A stretch of 60,993 bases of DNA, the filler included. It is 5 parts of 5 records of this genome, joined end to end, with 100 filler letters (N's around TTAATTAATTAA, not from the genome) between each part and the next. Parts side by side here need not be neighbours in the genome. Positions count along the whole stretch, not along the records: positions 37,970 to 46,068 come from SRR22947725_3979; positions 46,169 to 55,214 come from SRR22947725_3980; 3 more parts are not named here. One strand, written 5' to 3'. The translations under genes and the position numbers were made by a program. Position 1 is the stretch's first letter. Each line of letters starts with the position of its first letter. Shown one piece after another: positions 37,970-48,452 of this stretch. A model generated the notes under the pieces. The model was not told the DNA's origin, searched no databases, and saw only the letters and a program-made list of their open reading frames with translations.

Positions 37970-39646
37970 CCACATAATAATATCATAATTAGAAACAATG
38001 TTGTTTATAATACTCCTGGATCAGGAATTCGTTTTAATAATAGTGATTATATTATCATTGAAAATAACACTGTTTACAATACTACATGGTGGACTTCTTC
38101 AGCATCAAGTGCAGTTGTTTACGCTGAATCTATTTCAGCTGAAGGAGATAATGGTTCTGAGGTGAAAATGATTATGCGTGGAAATATTGTTTACAACAAT
38201 TGGAATAGAATACCTTTTTATGTAACTCAACTTCCAGATAATAATGGAAATGTAGGAGGAAATTATGGAACAGCCAGTCAAGATTACATTTTAGATGGTC
38301 AGGGTCTTTATGTAACTAGGAGTGACCCTGAATATGCAGGAACCTTTCTATTTGAAAATAATATATGTGTTAATAATGGAAAAAATGGTATCAACTTTGA
38401 TCATTCTGATGCAGCATCTGCTATTTATAGAAATAACACTCTTTATTTTAATGGAGTTCATAATATTATCCAAATGCAAGAACATGGAGAGTTATTACAT
38501 GTAGGCAACAATAAAGTAGCTGGAATTAAGGCAAATGGCGTTTTGAATGCTACAATAGTTAACAACATAATAGTTACTAGAGATGATGAATATTCAGCAC
38601 TTGCTTTAAATGATATTACAGGAACCAGAGTAGCAGTTAATAATATTTTTCAAAATGGCACATATGCATGGCCAGCTACACCAGAAAACAATTTAATTAA
38701 CGTTGATCCACTTTTTGTATCTGTTCCTACTACAGTTAATGGATCTATAGATATCACAACTACAGATTTTTCTCTTACATCAGATTCTCCTGCAATTAAT
38801 GCAGGTAATTCAAATCATACACCTTTAACTGATATTTTAGGGAACCCTAGACCATCTATACCCAATTCAATATCATCATCAAGTTTTGAAGATACTACTG
38901 ACGAATGGACAGGTTTTGGTGCAACTATAGCTCCTAGTTATAATGATTTTTTTTCTGGAAATAGTAGCTTGTTAATTAGTGATAGGACATCAAACTGGCA
39001 TAGTCCAAAATTAGTATTAACAAATTTATTGACAGTAGGCGAGAGCTACACTTTTTATGTATGGGTTAAATTATCAGATGGTATTTCTGGAACATCACAG
39101 TTGATAATAAAAAATACTGATCAAAACACTTATACTAATCTAACATCTGAAGTAACTGCTTCAGACGAAGAATGGATACAACTTACCGCAGATTACACAC
39201 ACGAATTATCAAATAATATGTTTCTTTACGTAAATGGTCCAGTAGTTAATGATGGAGTTGACGGTGACTATTATATAGATGATTTTTCATTAGTTGAACA
39301 AGGTTTACCACCCGTAGACTTTTCAAATATTGATGACGTTGTAGACATAGGTGCATATGAATTTATAGATTCAATTTTTTCTGTAGATTTTGATGATGAA
39401 ATCATAAAAAAAATAATTTTGTATCCAAATCCTGCTGAAGATATTGTTTTTGTTTATGGTGCAGATTCTAATAGTAGAATTGATTTATTTGATTTAACAG
39501 GAAAAAAATATCATGTAAGCTATAATTATTTGAATTCTAAAGTTATTTCACTCAATCTGAGTAATTTAACCAAAGGTTATTATTTAATTAAATTATATAA
39601 TTTTCAAAATAATTCATCTAAAGTATTGAAGCTCTTAAAAAAATAA
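37970..39646 (+). CDS. Secreted right-handed beta-helix protein with a CBM4/9/22-like module and T9SS C-terminal domain (5'-truncated)
   Basis: The frame is open from the fragment start (PHNNIIIRNNVVYNTPGSGIRFNNSDYIIIENNTVYN..). PbH1-like repeats, a CBM pattern (SFED...W..R...W..YTFYVWVK..W..L..YYIDDF) and a YPNPA..GYYLIK T9SS tail. Confidence 0.8.
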   Translation, partial: PHNNIIIRNNVVYNTPGSGIRFNNSDYIIIENNTVYNTTWWTSSASSAVVYAESISAEGDNGSEVKMIMRGNIVYNNWNRIPFYVTQLPDNNGNVGGNYGTASQDYILDGQGLYVTRSDPEYAGTFLFENNICVNNGKNGINFDHSDAASAIYRNNTLYFNGVHNIIQMQEHGELLHVGNNKVAGIKANGVLNATIVNNIIVTRDDEYSALALNDITGTRVAVNNIFQNGTYAWPATPENNLINVDPLFVSVPTTVNGSIDITTTDFSLTSDSPAINAGNSNHTPLTDILGNPRPSIPNSISSSSFEDTTDEWTGFGATIAPSYNDFFSGNSSLLISDRTSNWHSPKLVLTNLLTVGESYTFYVWVKLSDGISGTSQLIIKNTDQNTYTNLTSEVTASDEEWIQLTADYTHELSNNMFLYVNGPVVNDGVDGDYYIDDFSLVEQGLPPVDFSNIDDVVDIGAYEFIDSIFSVDFDDEIIKKIILYPNPAEDIVFVYGADSNSRIDLFDLTGKKYHVSYNYLNSKVISLNLSNLTKGYYLIKLYNFQNNSSKVLKLLKK

Positions 39647-39673
39647 ATTATTAATTATTTTATAACTTAGAAT

Positions 39674-40816
39674 ATGAAAAAAAAATCAAATAATTTCAAT
39701 GTAATATTGATTTTAAGTATTATTTTTTGTGGTTTTTCTTACGGAAACAATTTAAACTCTTCAGATTCACTTAAAAAATATTTTAGTAGTTTTTTTAATA
39801 TTGGTGCAGCAATAAATGAAGATATTATTTTAGATCTTGATAATGACTCTAAACAAATTGTAGAGACACATTTTAATTCAATCACACCTGAAAACTCACT
39901 AAAATGGATGTTTATTCAACCTTCTCCAAACTACTTTAACTTTACTGTTGCTGATAAATATGTCGATTTTGGTACAAAAAACAACATGCATATCGTTGGT
40001 CATGCACTTGTTTGGCACTCACAATTAGCTGACTTTATGCAAAATATTGAAAGTAAAGAAGAAATGACTAAGCATTTTGAAAACCATATCTACACATTGG
40101 TTTCAAGATACAAAGGAAGAATTAATGCATGGGATGTGGTCAATGAAGCTTTTAAAGAAGATGGTTCAATGAGAAAATCTGTTTTTTATAAATTTTTAGG
40201 TAAAAATTACATTGAGAAAGCTTTTAAATTAGCTCATGATGCTGACCCAAACGTAGAATTAATATACAATGATTATAATTTATACAAGAAAGAAAAAAGA
40301 GATGGTGTAATCAATATGGTAAAGCAAATGAAGTCGAAAGGAATTAAAATTGATGCTGTTGGTGTTCAAGCACATTGGAGTTTAAATCAGCCCTCATTAT
40401 ATGAAATTGAACAAATTATATTGGATATCTCTAAATCTGGAGTTGATGTAATGTTTACAGAATTAGATATTTCAGTCCTGCCTAGTCCATGGGAGCAGGT
40501 TGGGGCAGAGGTTAGTCAAAACTTTTCAAGGTTTGAAGGAGACCCTAAGATGGACCCCTATCCTGACAAATTACCTAAATCGGTTCAAAATAAATTAGCC
40601 AAGCGTTATAAAGATATATTTCAATTATTCATAAAACACAGTGATAAAATCAGTAGGGTTACATTTTGGGGAGTAATGGATAAGCATTCTTGGTTAAATG
40701 ACTTTCCAATAAAAGGTAGAACAAATTATCCTTTATTATTTAATAGAACTTATCAAGAAAAAGAAGCATACAAAGCACTTATTGAATTAGGGTCTAGTAA
40801 TAATATTAATCATTAA
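39674..40816 (+). CDS. GH10 endo-1,4-beta-xylanase
   Basis: TPENSLKW, GHALVWHSQ, WDVVNEA (acid/base), YNDYN, TELD (nucleophile), signal peptide. Confidence 0.95.
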   Translation: MKKKSNNFNVILILSIIFCGFSYGNNLNSSDSLKKYFSSFFNIGAAINEDIILDLDNDSKQIVETHFNSITPENSLKWMFIQPSPNYFNFTVADKYVDFGTKNNMHIVGHALVWHSQLADFMQNIESKEEMTKHFENHIYTLVSRYKGRINAWDVVNEAFKEDGSMRKSVFYKFLGKNYIEKAFKLAHDADPNVELIYNDYNLYKKEKRDGVINMVKQMKSKGIKIDAVGVQAHWSLNQPSLYEIEQIILDISKSGVDVMFTELDISVLPSPWEQVGAEVSQNFSRFEGDPKMDPYPDKLPKSVQNKLAKRYKDIFQLFIKHSDKISRVTFWGVMDKHSWLNDFPIKGRTNYPLLFNRTYQEKEAYKALIELGSSNNINH

Positions 40817-40827
40817 TATATCAAAAT

Positions 40828-42270
40828 ATGAATCATGTTTCTCAAAAATTGTCAGTTCTTGAAAAGTTTGGATATAGTTTAGGAGATTTAGCTGCCAATT
40901 TAGTGTTTCAAACTTTAATGACATATTTGGCCTATTTTTACACAGATATATATGGCTTGAATGCTACAGATGCAACAGCTATAATGTTTATTGTAGGGAC
41001 CGTTGCTGCGTTTGGTTTTAATCCTATAATTGGCGCTTTAGCTGATCGAACTAACTCAAAATGGGGTAAATTTAGACCCTGGATATTATACACATCAATT
41101 CCTTTGGGGGTCATTTCAGTTATGGCTTTTAGTACCCCAAATTTTAGCTATGATGGTAAAGTTATTTATGCTGTTATTACCTATACTTTACTTCTTTTAT
41201 TGTATGCTTCAAGTAATCTTCCATATTCTGCTCTAAGTGGTGTTATTACAGGTGATATGAAAGAACGAAACAGTATTTCTTCTTATAGGTTTGTAGCTGT
41301 TATGTTTGCACAATTTTTTGTTCAAGTGTTCATGTTGCCAATTATAATATATGCTGGAGCTGGTGATAAAGCTGTAGGAATTGAAATTGTGATGACTTGG
41401 CTTGCTGTAATAGGAACCATCATGCTGTTAATTACTTTTTTTACAACTAAAGAAAGAATAGTTCCTACAGAGGAACAAAAATCTAGTTTATACGAAGATT
41501 TACAGGATTTATTAACTAATAGACCTTGGCTTATAATGTTAATACTTACAACATTAACATTTATTTCTTTAGCTATGAAAGGAGGTTCCTATGTTTATTA
41601 TTTTGAAAATTATATTGATGAAACTAGATTAACTGTTTTTATTAGCCCAATTTTAGATTATTTAACTACTATTGGAATAAATTTTTTCGGTAATGATCCT
41701 GTTTCAGCAGGATTTGGATTATTTAATGCTGGAGGTATAATATTTATGATTTTTGGTATTGGTTTATCTAAAGTTTTAGCAGACAAATATGGGAAAAGAA
41801 ATGTTTTTGCTTTGTTTTTATTTATATCTACAATCTTTATTATACTTTTTAATTTTTATGATAAATCATCAGTTGAGTTAATGTTTGGATCTCAAATTCT
41901 ACATGGATTCTTTTATGGTATAACTATACCTTTACTATGGGCAATGATTGCTGATGTTGCAGATTTTTCTGAATGGAAAAACAACAGAAGAGCTACTGCA
42001 ATAATTTTCTCAGCTATGATGGTAGGTTTAAAATTAGGCTTGACTATTGGGGGTGGATTAGTTGTCCAAATTTTGGGAAATTATGGTTATGAAGCAAATA
42101 AAGAATTAGCTCAATCTGAACATGTTATTCAAGGTGTGAAATTATTGGTGAGTCTATATCCTGCAATTCCATTTTTAATTGGAATTGTATTATTGTTCTT
42201 TTATGAAATTGATAAAAAGATGGAAACTCAAATTGAAATTGATCTAAGAGATCGAAGAATTAATAAATAA
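40828..42270 (+). CDS. MFS glycoside-pentoside-hexuronide (GPH) symporter, likely for xylosides
   Basis: EKFGYSLGD.A.N, ADRT..KWGKFRPW, WAMIADVADFSEWK..RR. Lies between GH10 and GH43. Confidence 0.9.
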   Translation: MNHVSQKLSVLEKFGYSLGDLAANLVFQTLMTYLAYFYTDIYGLNATDATAIMFIVGTVAAFGFNPIIGALADRTNSKWGKFRPWILYTSIPLGVISVMAFSTPNFSYDGKVIYAVITYTLLLLLYASSNLPYSALSGVITGDMKERNSISSYRFVAVMFAQFFVQVFMLPIIIYAGAGDKAVGIEIVMTWLAVIGTIMLLITFFTTKERIVPTEEQKSSLYEDLQDLLTNRPWLIMLILTTLTFISLAMKGGSYVYYFENYIDETRLTVFISPILDYLTTIGINFFGNDPVSAGFGLFNAGGIIFMIFGIGLSKVLADKYGKRNVFALFLFISTIFIILFNFYDKSSVELMFGSQILHGFFYGITIPLLWAMIADVADFSEWKNNRRATAIIFSAMMVGLKLGLTIGGGLVVQILGNYGYEANKELAQSEHVIQGVKLLVSLYPAIPFLIGIVLLFFYEIDKKMETQIEIDLRDRRINK

Positions 42271-42273
42271 CAT

Positions 42274-43314
42274 ATGCCAGAAGATAATATTGACCATATT
42301 GATTTTGAAAAATTAAATCAAAATTCAATTTCAAAACCATTAATTACAAAAATATATACAGCTGACCCTTCTGCTCATGTTTTTAATGGAAAAATATACA
42401 TTTATCCCTCTCATGATATAGATGCTGGTGAAGCATTTGATGATTTAGGTAGTCATTTTGCAATGGAGGACTATCATGTTATCTCAATGGATTCAATTAC
42501 AAGTAAAGCAATTGATAACGGTATAGCATTACACGTAGATGATGTTCCTTGGGCAAAAAAACAAATGTGGGCACCAGATGCAAATGAGAAAGATGGTAAA
42601 TTCTACTTATTTTTTCCAGCTAAAGATTATGATGATATTTTTAGAATTGGAGTAGCAATAAGTAATTCACCTACAGGTCCATTTATTGCTCAACCTAAAT
42701 CTATAAAAGGAAGCTTTTCAATTGATCCAGCTGTATTTAGAGATGATGATAATAGTTATTACATGTATTTTGGAGGACTTTGGGGGGGACAGTTACAAAG
42801 ATGGAGGTCTGGTAATTTTAACGCAAGTTATCCAGATAGCCCTACAGCTTTTATTCCAAATAATGAGGAGCCAGCTCTATTACCATTTGTGGCCAAAATG
42901 AATGATACTTTATTGGAATTTTCGGAAAAACCTAAAGAAGTTCAAATATTAGATGAGTATGGAAAACTCTTGTTAGCAGGAGACAACGATCGTCGTTTTT
43001 TTGAGGCAGCATGGCTTCATAAACATAATGGAAAATATTATTTTTCTTATTCCACAGGCGATACTCATTATATTTGTTATGGAATTGGAGATAATCCATA
43101 CGGTCCATTTCATTACAAAGGACGAATATTGAATCCAGTAGTTGGATGGACTTCACACCATTCAATCTGTAAGATTGATGGAAAGTCATATTTGTTTTAT
43201 CATGACTCATCTCTCTCAAAAGGGGTAACTCATTTAAGGTGTGTAAAGTTTAAAGAAATTAAATATCGTAGCGATGGTTCAATTATCACATTAAACCCTT
43301 ATGAAGGTTTCTAA
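42274..43314 (+). CDS. GH43 (subfamily 1-like) beta-xylosidase/arabinofuranosidase, cytoplasmic
   Basis: YTADPSAH, WAPD, SIDPAV, RRFFEA, GWTSHHSI. No signal peptide. Confidence 0.92.
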   Translation: MPEDNIDHIDFEKLNQNSISKPLITKIYTADPSAHVFNGKIYIYPSHDIDAGEAFDDLGSHFAMEDYHVISMDSITSKAIDNGIALHVDDVPWAKKQMWAPDANEKDGKFYLFFPAKDYDDIFRIGVAISNSPTGPFIAQPKSIKGSFSIDPAVFRDDDNSYYMYFGGLWGGQLQRWRSGNFNASYPDSPTAFIPNNEEPALLPFVAKMNDTLLEFSEKPKEVQILDEYGKLLLAGDNDRRFFEAAWLHKHNGKYYFSYSTGDTHYICYGIGDNPYGPFHYKGRILNPVVGWTSHHSICKIDGKSYLFYHDSSLSKGVTHLRCVKFKEIKYRSDGSIITLNPYEGF

Positions 43315-43335
43315 TAGAATTTTAAGGTTTGAATT

Positions 43336-44334
43336 CTAGGTATTTATAAGTTTAATGGTTGTGTTTGATTCAAAAACTTCACCTGGTAATAATTCAGTAG
43401 ATGGAAAGTTAGCCTCATTTGGTGAGTTTGGAAAATGTTGAGTTTCTAAGCATATCCCAGAATTTTTTTTATGTTTAAAACCAAGATTATTTCCTGTATA
43501 TACTTGTATTCCTGGTTCATCGGTGTAAATTTCAATTTTTCTTCCTGTTTCTTCATTAACTAAAATAGCTGCTAGTTCAATTTTTTGATTAATATCTTTG
43601 TCTAATGCCCAACAATTATCTAACTCACCCAATAGCTTTTTTGAATTCAAAAAATTATACTTGGTGTTTTCTACATTTAATAACTTTCCTGTTGGAATTA
43701 AATCATTAGTAACTTCTAAGTATTTATTTGCATTAATTAAAAGTTTATGATTAAAAATATGTTTATCTAAACTATGACCTAAATTAAAGTAGCTATGATT
43801 TGTAAAATTAACTACTGTTTTTTTATCAGATTTTGCGAAATATTTAATTTTTAACTCATTATCGTTATTTAATGTATAGTGCACTGTTACTTCGAGATTT
43901 CCAGGAAAACCACTCTCTAAATCCTTGCTTAAATAATTTAAGAATAATGATAAAGAATCCTTCCTTTTGATAGACTTTGCATTCCATACTTTTTTATGGA
44001 ATCCAGAGAATCCTCCATGCAAATGATTGTCTCCAATATTTTTATCAATATTGATTTTTGTATTATCAATTTTAAAGCTACCATTTTTAATTCTATTTGC
44101 ATACCTACCAATAATTGCTCCAAAGAAAGATTGATCATCTTCATATTCTTGTAGATTATCATACCCAAGAACAATATTTGAAAAACATCCATTTTTATCA
44201 GGAAAACTTATATTTGTTATAATGCCACCATAGGAGATGATTTCTAAAGAAATTCCATTAGAGTTTTTTAATATATATAATGTGACTTCTTCGCCCTTTG
44301 ATGTAGTTCCGTAATGTTTTTTTTTAATTTCCAT
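43336..44334 (-). CDS. galM: Aldose 1-epimerase (mutarotase)
   Basis: GRYANRI, HLHGG, NFTNHSYFNL, CLETQHFP. Start placed at MEIKKK, overlapping the xylE stop. Confidence 0.93.
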   Translation of the reverse strand: MEIKKKHYGTTSKGEEVTLYILKNSNGISLEIISYGGIITNISFPDKNGCFSNIVLGYDNLQEYEDDQSFFGAIIGRYANRIKNGSFKIDNTKINIDKNIGDNHLHGGFSGFHKKVWNAKSIKRKDSLSLFLNYLSKDLESGFPGNLEVTVHYTLNNDNELKIKYFAKSDKKTVVNFTNHSYFNLGHSLDKHIFNHKLLINANKYLEVTNDLIPTGKLLNVENTKYNFLNSKKLLGELDNCWALDKDINQKIELAAILVNEETGRKIEIYTDEPGIQVYTGNNLGFKHKKNSGICLETQHFPNSPNEANFPSTELLPGEVFESNTTIKLINT

Positions 44335-45742
44335 TTTTCCAAAGACTATCCATATCTTCAAGTTTTTTTCCTTTTGTTTCAGGAACAAATTTCCACACAA
44401 AATAGCCTGCTAGAAATGACATAACTCCGTAAATCCAATAAGCAAAACCATTATTAAATGTTTCTGTTAAATAAGTATTGTTATTCATAATTGGGAATGT
44501 TGCGGAAACTAAATAGTTAGATGCCCACTGGGCAGCAACCGCTATTGCTAGTGCTTTATTTCTAATGTTATTAGGAAATATTTCTGAAAGTAATACCCAA
44601 GTTACTGGCCCCCAACTTAAAGCAAAACTAGCTACATAAATCATCATGCAAATTAAAGCTACATAGCCATCTAGATTTCCATAAAAAGTAAATCCTAAAG
44701 ATATCATTGAAATGGCCATTCCAATTGCCCCAATTATCATTAAAGGTTTTCTTCCATAAATATCAACCGTTCTTATAGCAATAATTGTAAATAAGAAATT
44801 GACTATTCCAACTATAATTGTTTGAATTAATGCAGTGTCGGTCGCTAAATCTAAGGTTTTAAATATTTCTGGAGCATAATATAAAACTACATTTATACCA
44901 ACAAATTGCTGAAAAACAGATAATAAAATCCCAACTACAACAATACCAAAACCATAGGTGAGTAGGGGTGCAGTTTTTTCTTTGAGAGTGTTTTTTATAT
45001 CATTTAAAATTTCTATTGCTTCTTTTTCACCATTTACTTTTTTTAATACCTCTAAGGCTTTATCCTCTTTGTTGAGATGAACTAAAGATCTTGGTGTATC
45101 AGGGACAGTATAAAGTAAAATAATAAATATTGTGACGGGAATAAGCTCCGAAGCAAACATATATCTCCAACCAAGTTCATTAAGCCAACTATCATCCCCG
45201 TTTAAAGCAATAAAATAATTTACAAAATAAACAATCATAAACCCACCAACTATAGCTAATTGATTGTAGGATACTAATTTACCTCTTTTATTAGCTGGAG
45301 CAATTTCAGCTATATATACTGGTGACATCATTGATGCTATTCCAACACCTATACCTCCAATTATTCTGTAAAAAATAAATATATTTGATAACGTATGATC
45401 TCCTTGACCTATAGATGTAATAAATATTTCTGGCATTGAAGAACCTAATGCTGATATGAAGAATAATATTCCAGCTATAATTAAACTGTTTTTTCTACCA
45501 AACCTTCTTCCAATTAGCCCTCCAATTGAACCTCCAATTATGCAGCCAATTAGTGCACTTGATACTATAAAACCTGTTAGTCTACTTGATTCAAATTCAG
45601 AAAGACCTTTAGGGTTAACAAAAAAACTTTCTAGTGAACCAACTGTTCCAGAAATAACTCCCGTATCATAACCAAATAGTAGTCCACCCAGTGTAGCAAC
45701 TAATATTAATTTAATTAAATATCCATTTGATGTATTATTCAA
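44324..45742 (-). CDS. xylE: D-xylose:H+ symporter (sugar porter family)
   Basis: GGLLFGYDT, YIAEIAP..RG.LVS.NQ, QQFVGINVVLYYAP, SWGPVTWVLLSEIFP, PETKGK. Directly downstream of xylA. Confidence 0.88.
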   Translation of the reverse strand: MNNTSNGYLIKLILVATLGGLLFGYDTGVISGTVGSLESFFVNPKGLSEFESSRLTGFIVSSALIGCIIGGSIGGLIGRRFGRKNSLIIAGILFFISALGSSMPEIFITSIGQGDHTLSNIFIFYRIIGGIGVGIASMMSPVYIAEIAPANKRGKLVSYNQLAIVGGFMIVYFVNYFIALNGDDSWLNELGWRYMFASELIPVTIFIILLYTVPDTPRSLVHLNKEDKALEVLKKVNGEKEAIEILNDIKNTLKEKTAPLLTYGFGIVVVGILLSVFQQFVGINVVLYYAPEIFKTLDLATDTALIQTIIVGIVNFLFTIIAIRTVDIYGRKPLMIIGAIGMAISMISLGFTFYGNLDGYVALICMMIYVASFALSWGPVTWVLLSEIFPNNIRNKALAIAVAAQWASNYLVSATFPIMNNNTYLTETFNNGFAYWIYGVMSFLAGYFVWKFVPETKGKKLEDMDSLWKNGN

Positions 45743-45754
45743 TTTATTGTTAAT

Positions 45755-46068
45755 TTATATATGTTGGTTAATAATATTCTCAAATAATTCTTGCTTTCCG
45801 CTTTGAAGATCTAGTTCACCATTTTCAGAAGCTATTTTATATAAATCTTCAAGTTCTAATTTACCGGACTCAAAATCTGCACCCTTACCAGAGTCAAAAG
45901 ATGAATATCTATCCTTTCTTAACTTTTCATAAGGAGAAGAGCTAATAATTTTATCTGCTGTCAATAGAGCTCTAGCAAAAGTATCTGCCCCACCTATATG
46001 TGCATGAAATATATCTTCCATATCTGTTGAGTTTCTTCTGATCTTTGCATCGAAATTTATTCCACCAC
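45755..46068 (-). CDS. xylA: Xylose isomerase, C-terminal fragment
   Basis: GGINFDAKIRRNSTDMEDIFHAHIGGADTFARAL..RYSSFDSG.G..SGKQELFENI. Confidence 0.92.
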
Positions 46069-46168
46069 NNNNNNNNNNNNNNNNNNNNNNNNNNNNNNNN
46101 NNNNNNNNNNNNTTAATTAATTAANNNNNNNNNNNNNNNNNNNNNNNNNNNNNNNNNNNNNNNNNNNN
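46069..46168. other. Artificial contig spacer
   Basis: N44-TTAATTAATTAA-N44. Confidence 0.98.
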
Positions 46169-46960
46169 GACTTTAATATTAGTACAAACCTTAATTTCAC
46201 AACATCTGATAATGAAGTTTTAGAAATAAACAATGGCGACAGGTATATATGGGGAGCTGGATATGGAATTCCTTACACTCCAATTGTAAGATTTGAAGAA
46301 GGATATAGCCCTGGATACTTTTTTGGTTATAAGACAGATGGAATATTCCAATCTCAATCAGAGGTTAATTCACATGCTACACAAAATGGGGCAGCGCCTG
46401 GAGATATAAGATTTGTTGATGTTAATTCGGATGGGATTATAAATGACAGTGATAGAACTGAAATCGGAGATCCATTTGCTGATTTTACAATTGGGTGGAA
46501 TTTAGCTGTTGATTATAAGAATTTTGATTTTAGTGTATTTACTTACGCTTCAGTTGGAAATGACATTTACAGAGCTTATGAAAGGAACTTAAATTATACT
46601 AATCGATTTGCTTCAACATTAGATAGATGGACTGGAGCTGGGACAAGTAATTCAGAACCTAGAGTCTCATTTATTGATTCAAATAATAACAGAAGAGCAT
46701 CTGATAGATACATTGAAGACGGAAGCTACCTTAGAATAAAAAATATTCAACTAGGATATACTTTTCCAGAATCGTTTGCAAATCAAATTGGTTTTGATGA
46801 AATCAGAGCATATACACAAGTTAAAAACTTACTTACTTTAACGGAATATTCTGGTTATGATCCAGAAATTTCAAACGGTGGAGTATTAAACACTGGTATT
46901 GATATAGGAACCTACCCACAACCAAGAACTTGGTCTATGGGATTAAATATTAAATTTTAA
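46169..46960 (+). CDS. SusC-like TonB-dependent transporter, C-terminal fragment
   Basis: Manual translation contains PGDIRFVDVNSDGIINDSDRTEIGDP, SDRYIEDGSYLRIKNIQLGY and GYDPEI, and ends YPQPRTWSMGLNIKF*. Not in the ORF track. Confidence 0.93.
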   Translation, partial: DFNISTNLNFTTSDNEVLEINNGDRYIWGAGYGIPYTPIVRFEEGYSPGYFFGYKTDGIFQSQSEVNSHATQNGAAPGDIRFVDVNSDGIINDSDRTEIGDPFADFTIGWNLAVDYKNFDFSVFTYASVGNDIYRAYERNLNYTNRFASTLDRWTGAGTSNSEPRVSFIDSNNNRRASDRYIEDGSYLRIKNIQLGYTFPESFANQIGFDEIRAYTQVKNLLTLTEYSGYDPEISNGGVLNTGIDIGTYPQPRTWSMGLNIKF

Positions 46961-46971
46961 TAATAGAAATT

Positions 46972-48432
46972 ATGAAAAAGATTAAACAAATATTTTTATT
47001 ACTGACTATTAGCATTTTGTCATACACATGTGCTGATCACGTTGACTACGAACCAATAGAAGGTTATGCTATTACTGCAGACGTTTACTTTCAATCAGAG
47101 AATGATTATGATGCTGCATTGATAGGAACTTACGATCCACTTCAATGGCTGTTTTTTAACATGCAAATTGGAGATATAGCTTCTGATAATTCTCTTTGTG
47201 GAGGCGAAAGTGCATCAGATTATCTTGGTCTACAACAAATTGATGATATGACTCATTATCCAAACAATGATAATTTAAGATCAATTTGGCAGTGGTTATA
47301 TGAAGGTGTCAATAGAGCTAATTACATGGAAGAAAATAAATCTCTATTAGATTTTGAAAATAAAGACGCCCTTTACGGAGAGGTTTATTTCCTAAGAGCC
47401 TATTACTATTTTGAATTAGTAAGATTCTTCGGAGATGTTCCATTATTTGTTAACGAAAGATTAACAGCCGGAGATGCTGGAACATTAAGTAGAACTCCTA
47501 AAGAAGAAGTTTATGCACAAATTGAGCTTGATCTTCAAAATGCAATTTCGAGTTTACCTAATTCTCAAAGTCAAGTAGGAAGAGTTAATAAATTTACAGC
47601 AAATGCTCTACTTGGGAAGGTATTACTATACCAAGATAAATTTACTGAAGCGGCAGCAGCTTTTGATCAAGTTATTGGAGTTTACTCTTTAGTTTCAGAT
47701 TATGGAAGTCAATTTTTATCTTTTGGTGAAAACGGGCCAGAATCTGTATTTGAAATTCAATACACTAATACATCAAATTGGTATGATTGGGGTTGCCCAC
47801 AATGCTCAGAAGGAAATTATGGAATAATAATGAACGGACCAAGAGGATGGGATGGACCTGAATACGCTCAAGGATGGAGTTTTAATGTACCAGTAAATTC
47901 TTTATATGAATCATTTGAAGAAGGAGATTCAAGAAGAGATGCTTCTATTTTAGATATGGTTGCTTATTCTGCTGCAACAGGAGCAAACTACACAGAAGGA
48001 TATGAGCATACAGGTTACTACAATAATAAATATATTCCTAGAGCTGGACAAAGTGGAGCTCAAACTGAATTAAATTATTTAAATAATTATAGAATAATTA
48101 GATATGCTGATGTCTTATTAATGGCTGCTGAAGCCAATAATAGAGGTGGTATTAGTGATGCTTTAGCTCAACAGTACTTAAATGAAGTTAGAAGAAGAGC
48201 TTTTGGAGACCAAGATCATGATATTACAGCTACAGGAACTGCCCTTACAGATGCTATTTGGGCTGAAAGAAACTTTGAGCTTTCAATGGAGGGTCACAGA
48301 TTTTTTGATTTAGTAAGAACTAATCAAGCAGCTTCCAAAATTAATGGTTTTGTTGAAGGAAAACATGAGGTTTTCCCAATTCCACAAGCGGAAATTGACA
48401 TTTCTGGTTTGACTCAAAACCCTGGTTACTAA
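46972..48432 (+). CDS. SusD/RagB-family glycan-binding lipoprotein
   Basis: Lipobox Cys, GE.YFLRAYYYFELVRFFGDVPL, IRYADVLLMAAEA, ER..EL..EGHRFFDLVR, PIPQ.EID..QNPGY. Confidence 0.96.
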   Translation: MKKIKQIFLLLTISILSYTCADHVDYEPIEGYAITADVYFQSENDYDAALIGTYDPLQWLFFNMQIGDIASDNSLCGGESASDYLGLQQIDDMTHYPNNDNLRSIWQWLYEGVNRANYMEENKSLLDFENKDALYGEVYFLRAYYYFELVRFFGDVPLFVNERLTAGDAGTLSRTPKEEVYAQIELDLQNAISSLPNSQSQVGRVNKFTANALLGKVLLYQDKFTEAAAAFDQVIGVYSLVSDYGSQFLSFGENGPESVFEIQYTNTSNWYDWGCPQCSEGNYGIIMNGPRGWDGPEYAQGWSFNVPVNSLYESFEEGDSRRDASILDMVAYSAATGANYTEGYEHTGYYNNKYIPRAGQSGAQTELNYLNNYRIIRYADVLLMAAEANNRGGISDALAQQYLNEVRRRAFGDQDHDITATGTALTDAIWAERNFELSMEGHRFFDLVRTNQAASKINGFVEGKHEVFPIPQAEIDISGLTQNPGY

Positions 48433-48452
48433 AAATTAATTTATACAAAAAC

